From an uncultured Candidatus Poseidoniales archaeon (GTDB lineage Archaea > Thermoplasmatota > Poseidoniia > Poseidoniales > Thalassarchaeaceae), in contig CAZNVK010000004.1 of NCBI GenBank assembly GCA_964576865.1, positions 3,006-67,005 on the forward strand: a DNA stretch of 64,000 nt, read 5' to 3'. Shown here in pieces: positions 61,841-64,000 of the stretch (position 1 is the stretch's first letter; every line of letters begins with the position of its first letter). The notes beneath the pieces are model-generated. The model was not told the DNA's origin, ran no database searches, and saw nothing but the letters and a program-made list of their open reading frames with translations. The position numbers and the translations under genes are program-made.

Positions 61841-62611
61841 ATGGTCGAGGTCGGAGTGCGGGATGCCTTCGCTATCTCCGCGGTCATCGGCGTCATGGTC
61901 TTCGTCATGGGTTCGATGATGGCTTTCTTCGCCGGCGGGATGGCTGATGATGGGATTGCGCCGGCGCTTCGCACCGGTGCTGTTCTGGGGCTTGGAACCG
62001 GTGCGGTGGTGCTGATGTTCGCACTCGCGCGCGTGCGCGACCATGCTGAGAAAGGCGATGCACGCGCGGCGGCGCGCGCGGCTGAAGTCGATGCATTGCG
62101 CGCCGAGATGACCTATCTGACCGACGAGACTGATGGGGCATGGGATGTTGATGAGCGAGTGCGCCGCGAACGCGGTGTGCTGACCTTCGATATGCATGGA
62201 CTCGATGCCGCTGCCGCTGCTGGTGCGACCGAGCGACTGTTGGGGATTAGGTCGAGTCTTCAGAGGGTACGATTAGTAACCGGTCGAGGTGAAATTCTAC
62301 ACGAGGGATCAGCGGACCCGGGCATCCGCCCCGCGGTTCTCCAGCGCTTACGAATCGGAGCGGAGGCTGTCGATTGGCAAGTTCTGATGAAGGCGGGCTC
62401 GATCACCCTGCGGCCGATGGGCAAGGCTCCTACCTCGGCTCAACGCGCCCGCCGTTTCTCAATCTTCGTCGTGCCGATGTGCACAGTGATGGGCTTCACC
62501 TTCCGAGACTTGGCAGGCTCGACGATGGCTGACCAAGGACTCGCCTTTGGAATCGGAGCGGGAGTGCTGATGACCGCACTTCTCTCGAGTTATCGCGACC
62601 GCTCTGGTTGA
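61841..62611 (+). CDS. Smr-domain protein flanked by transmembrane helices (2 N-terminal, 2 C-terminal)
   Basis: LTFDMHGL.AAAA and VRLVTGRG...H...PGIRPAV.QRL match the Smr core. Hydrophobic helices flank it on both sides. Start set at ATG 61841. Confidence 0.7.
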   Translation: MVEVGVRDAFAISAVIGVMVFVMGSMMAFFAGGMADDGIAPALRTGAVLGLGTGAVVLMFALARVRDHAEKGDARAAARAAEVDALRAEMTYLTDETDGAWDVDERVRRERGVLTFDMHGLDAAAAAGATERLLGIRSSLQRVRLVTGRGEILHEGSADPGIRPAVLQRLRIGAEAVDWQVLMKAGSITLRPMGKAPTSAQRARRFSIFVVPMCTVMGFTFRDLAGSTMADQGLAFGIGAGVLMTALLSSYRDRSG

Positions 62612-62623
62612 GCAATTAGCAGT

Positions 62624-62764
62624 TCAGGAATAGTCGGGGATACCCTCACAACAGGCTTCGACAACACGTCGACACCTCGGGCATTCCATGTGTTGGCGCA
62701 TCGGAATCGCTGCGCCGCGAAAGCCGCACTCACAACGAATCGCGGCGCAATGATCGTGGTCCAC
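62624..62764 (-). CDS. Small Cys/His-rich putative metal-binding protein (46 aa; absent from the ORF track)
   Basis: Manual translation from GTG: MDHDHCAAIRCECGFRGAAIPMRQHMECPRCRRVVEACCEGIPDYS*. It fills the gap between sufD and the Smr gene. Confidence 0.6.
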   Translation of the reverse strand: MDHDHCAAIRCECGFRGAAIPMRQHMECPRCRRVVEACCEGIPDYS

Positions 62765-62831
62765 GAACCGCTTCGGCCTCGCTCAGCCCAAATCACTTGC
62801 TCAAGCGAGCCGCGCCTCAGCGCGGTCTCGC

Positions 62832-63935
62832 TCAGGCACTGAGGTCGGCGAGCTCGTCTTGCAGGTGCTCCGCCAGCCAGTGGTGGAGGGCATCGCTGCC
62901 CATCTCAACCAGAGTTGAATTGAGGAAGGCAGCGATGAGGGCATCGCGGGCTTCTTCGGTGTCGAATCCGCGGGATTCCAAGTAGAACATTTGGTCCTCA
63001 TCCACGGGTCCGTTCGCTGTGCCGTGACCGCAGCCGACGACATCGTGCTCGCTCACTTCGAGCTCAGGAATCGAGTCGGCTTCGGCCTTCTCGGAGAGTA
63101 GTAGGTTGTGGAAAAGTTGGCCCGCGTCGGCTCCCCGCGCTCCCTTGGCGACCCGGAGCATTCCGGTTCCGACCGTACGCGAGTTTCCCCCACATGCCGA
63201 GTGCCAATCTAGACGGGAGAATGTCTCTGGGGCGTCGTGATGAATCTCGACGTGATGGTCGAGGTGCATCTGATCAGCGGAGAGAATCGAGCCGAGCACA
63301 TTGAGGTGGCCGCCCGTCTCTCCCATCTTGTATCGCAGGTCGGCCTTGGTTCGCTCGCTTCCCGAACTGACCGTTCCTGCCTTGACCTGCGCGTCGCGTC
63401 CGATAGCGATGCTATCGACTCGCAGTAATGTTCCCGAATCGGTGTGGCCGATGACGACATCGGCGAGAATTGAGCCATCACCGATTCGACCGCTGCGCAG
63501 GAATCCTGTCCATGGCGCAGCGCCACTGATTTGGGTAATCAATTCGAATTCACAATGCCGTCCGACATCTAGTGCCAGATGCAGAGCACATGGCTCATCA
63601 CCAGTATCGATGTCGAGGACGATCGGCGCACTGGCGACGAAATTATTCTCCACGCGCAACGTGTAGACCGAGTCGCCAGCGGCGGCGCGGATGAAAGAAG
63701 AAGTGACTTCATCTGACTCAGGAAGAACCTCAGCGCCGATGATTCCCTCCTCGATCGAGATTCCGACCAAAGCTACATCTTCATCCAGGCAAGAAAGGGA
63801 CAACTTCGGAGCAGATGTCTTCGGAATCTCGCCCAAATCTCCACTGGGATGAACACGCTTCCAGGGCGTATAACGCCAGAGATGGTCCGCCCTGTCAGGC
63901 TCACCAAGAGACTTGTATAGGCTCGCAGCATCCAT
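62832..63935 (-). CDS. sufD: Fe-S cluster assembly protein SufD (SufBD family)
   Basis: WRYTP, beta-helix core, HNLLLSE.A.ADSIPELE, CGHG, and VDEDQMFYLESRG. Confidence 0.9.
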   Translation of the reverse strand: MDAASLYKSLGEPDRADHLWRYTPWKRVHPSGDLGEIPKTSAPKLSLSCLDEDVALVGISIEEGIIGAEVLPESDEVTSSFIRAAAGDSVYTLRVENNFVASAPIVLDIDTGDEPCALHLALDVGRHCEFELITQISGAAPWTGFLRSGRIGDGSILADVVIGHTDSGTLLRVDSIAIGRDAQVKAGTVSSGSERTKADLRYKMGETGGHLNVLGSILSADQMHLDHHVEIHHDAPETFSRLDWHSACGGNSRTVGTGMLRVAKGARGADAGQLFHNLLLSEKAEADSIPELEVSEHDVVGCGHGTANGPVDEDQMFYLESRGFDTEEARDALIAAFLNSTLVEMGSDALHHWLAEHLQDELADLSA

Positions 63936-63951
63936 ATTTTTGCCCCCAAAC

Positions 63952-64000
63952 TCAGCCGATGCTGCCTTCCATTTCTAGCGCCATCAATTTGTTCAGTTCG
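63952..64000 (-). CDS. sufB: SufB C-terminal fragment (truncated by window edge)
   Basis: The minus strand reads ELNKLMALEMEGSIG*, the characteristic SufB C-terminus, directly upstream of sufD. Confidence 0.8.
   Translation of the reverse strand, partial: ELNKLMALEMEGSIG

Noticed and set aside
62590-62796. 68-aa minus-strand ORF from the track
   Set aside because: An overlapping frame gives the Cys/His-patterned 46-aa peptide, which is much more protein-like.

Overview
A 64-kb stretch of archaeal core genome, about 60% GC in most coding regions. It is most likely Marine Group II Euryarchaeota (Ca. Poseidoniales, Thermoplasmatota). This is inferred from archaeal information genes (RPA, eIF2-gamma, S6e, L10e, Dph2, Orc1/Cdc6, A1AO ATP synthase H-I-K-E-C-F-A-B-D) occurring together with bacterial-type gyrase, MutS/MutL, class II HMG-CoA reductase and a giant PKD-repeat secreted metalloprotease. 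I found one tRNA (Ser-GCT) and no rRNA, CRISPR array, integrase or transposase. The strongest novelty candidate is 27.8-30.2 kb: an AT-rich intergenic region carrying six copies of a WAWGCGTTAA motif, including a perfect 11-6-11 palindrome. It lies directly upstream of an Orc1/Cdc6-like AAA+ / ~400-aa acidic disordered region / winged-helix gene with a broken Walker B. Other oddities: (1) repeated sharp A+C to G+T strand-composition flips, some inside single genes; (2) two full-length pseudoenzymes (HemC-like and site-2-protease-like); (3) a membrane-anchored Smr-domain protein; (4) an unannotated 46-aa Cys/His-rich ORF behind sufD; (5) a ~160-nt fold-back at the end of the ATP synthase operon; (6) an 11-bp G-rich tandem repeat; (7) a triple-SAP protein; (8) a Tmk with a long C-terminal fusion; (9) a probable quinone side-chain cluster. 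All family assignments are by motif recognition, without database searches.
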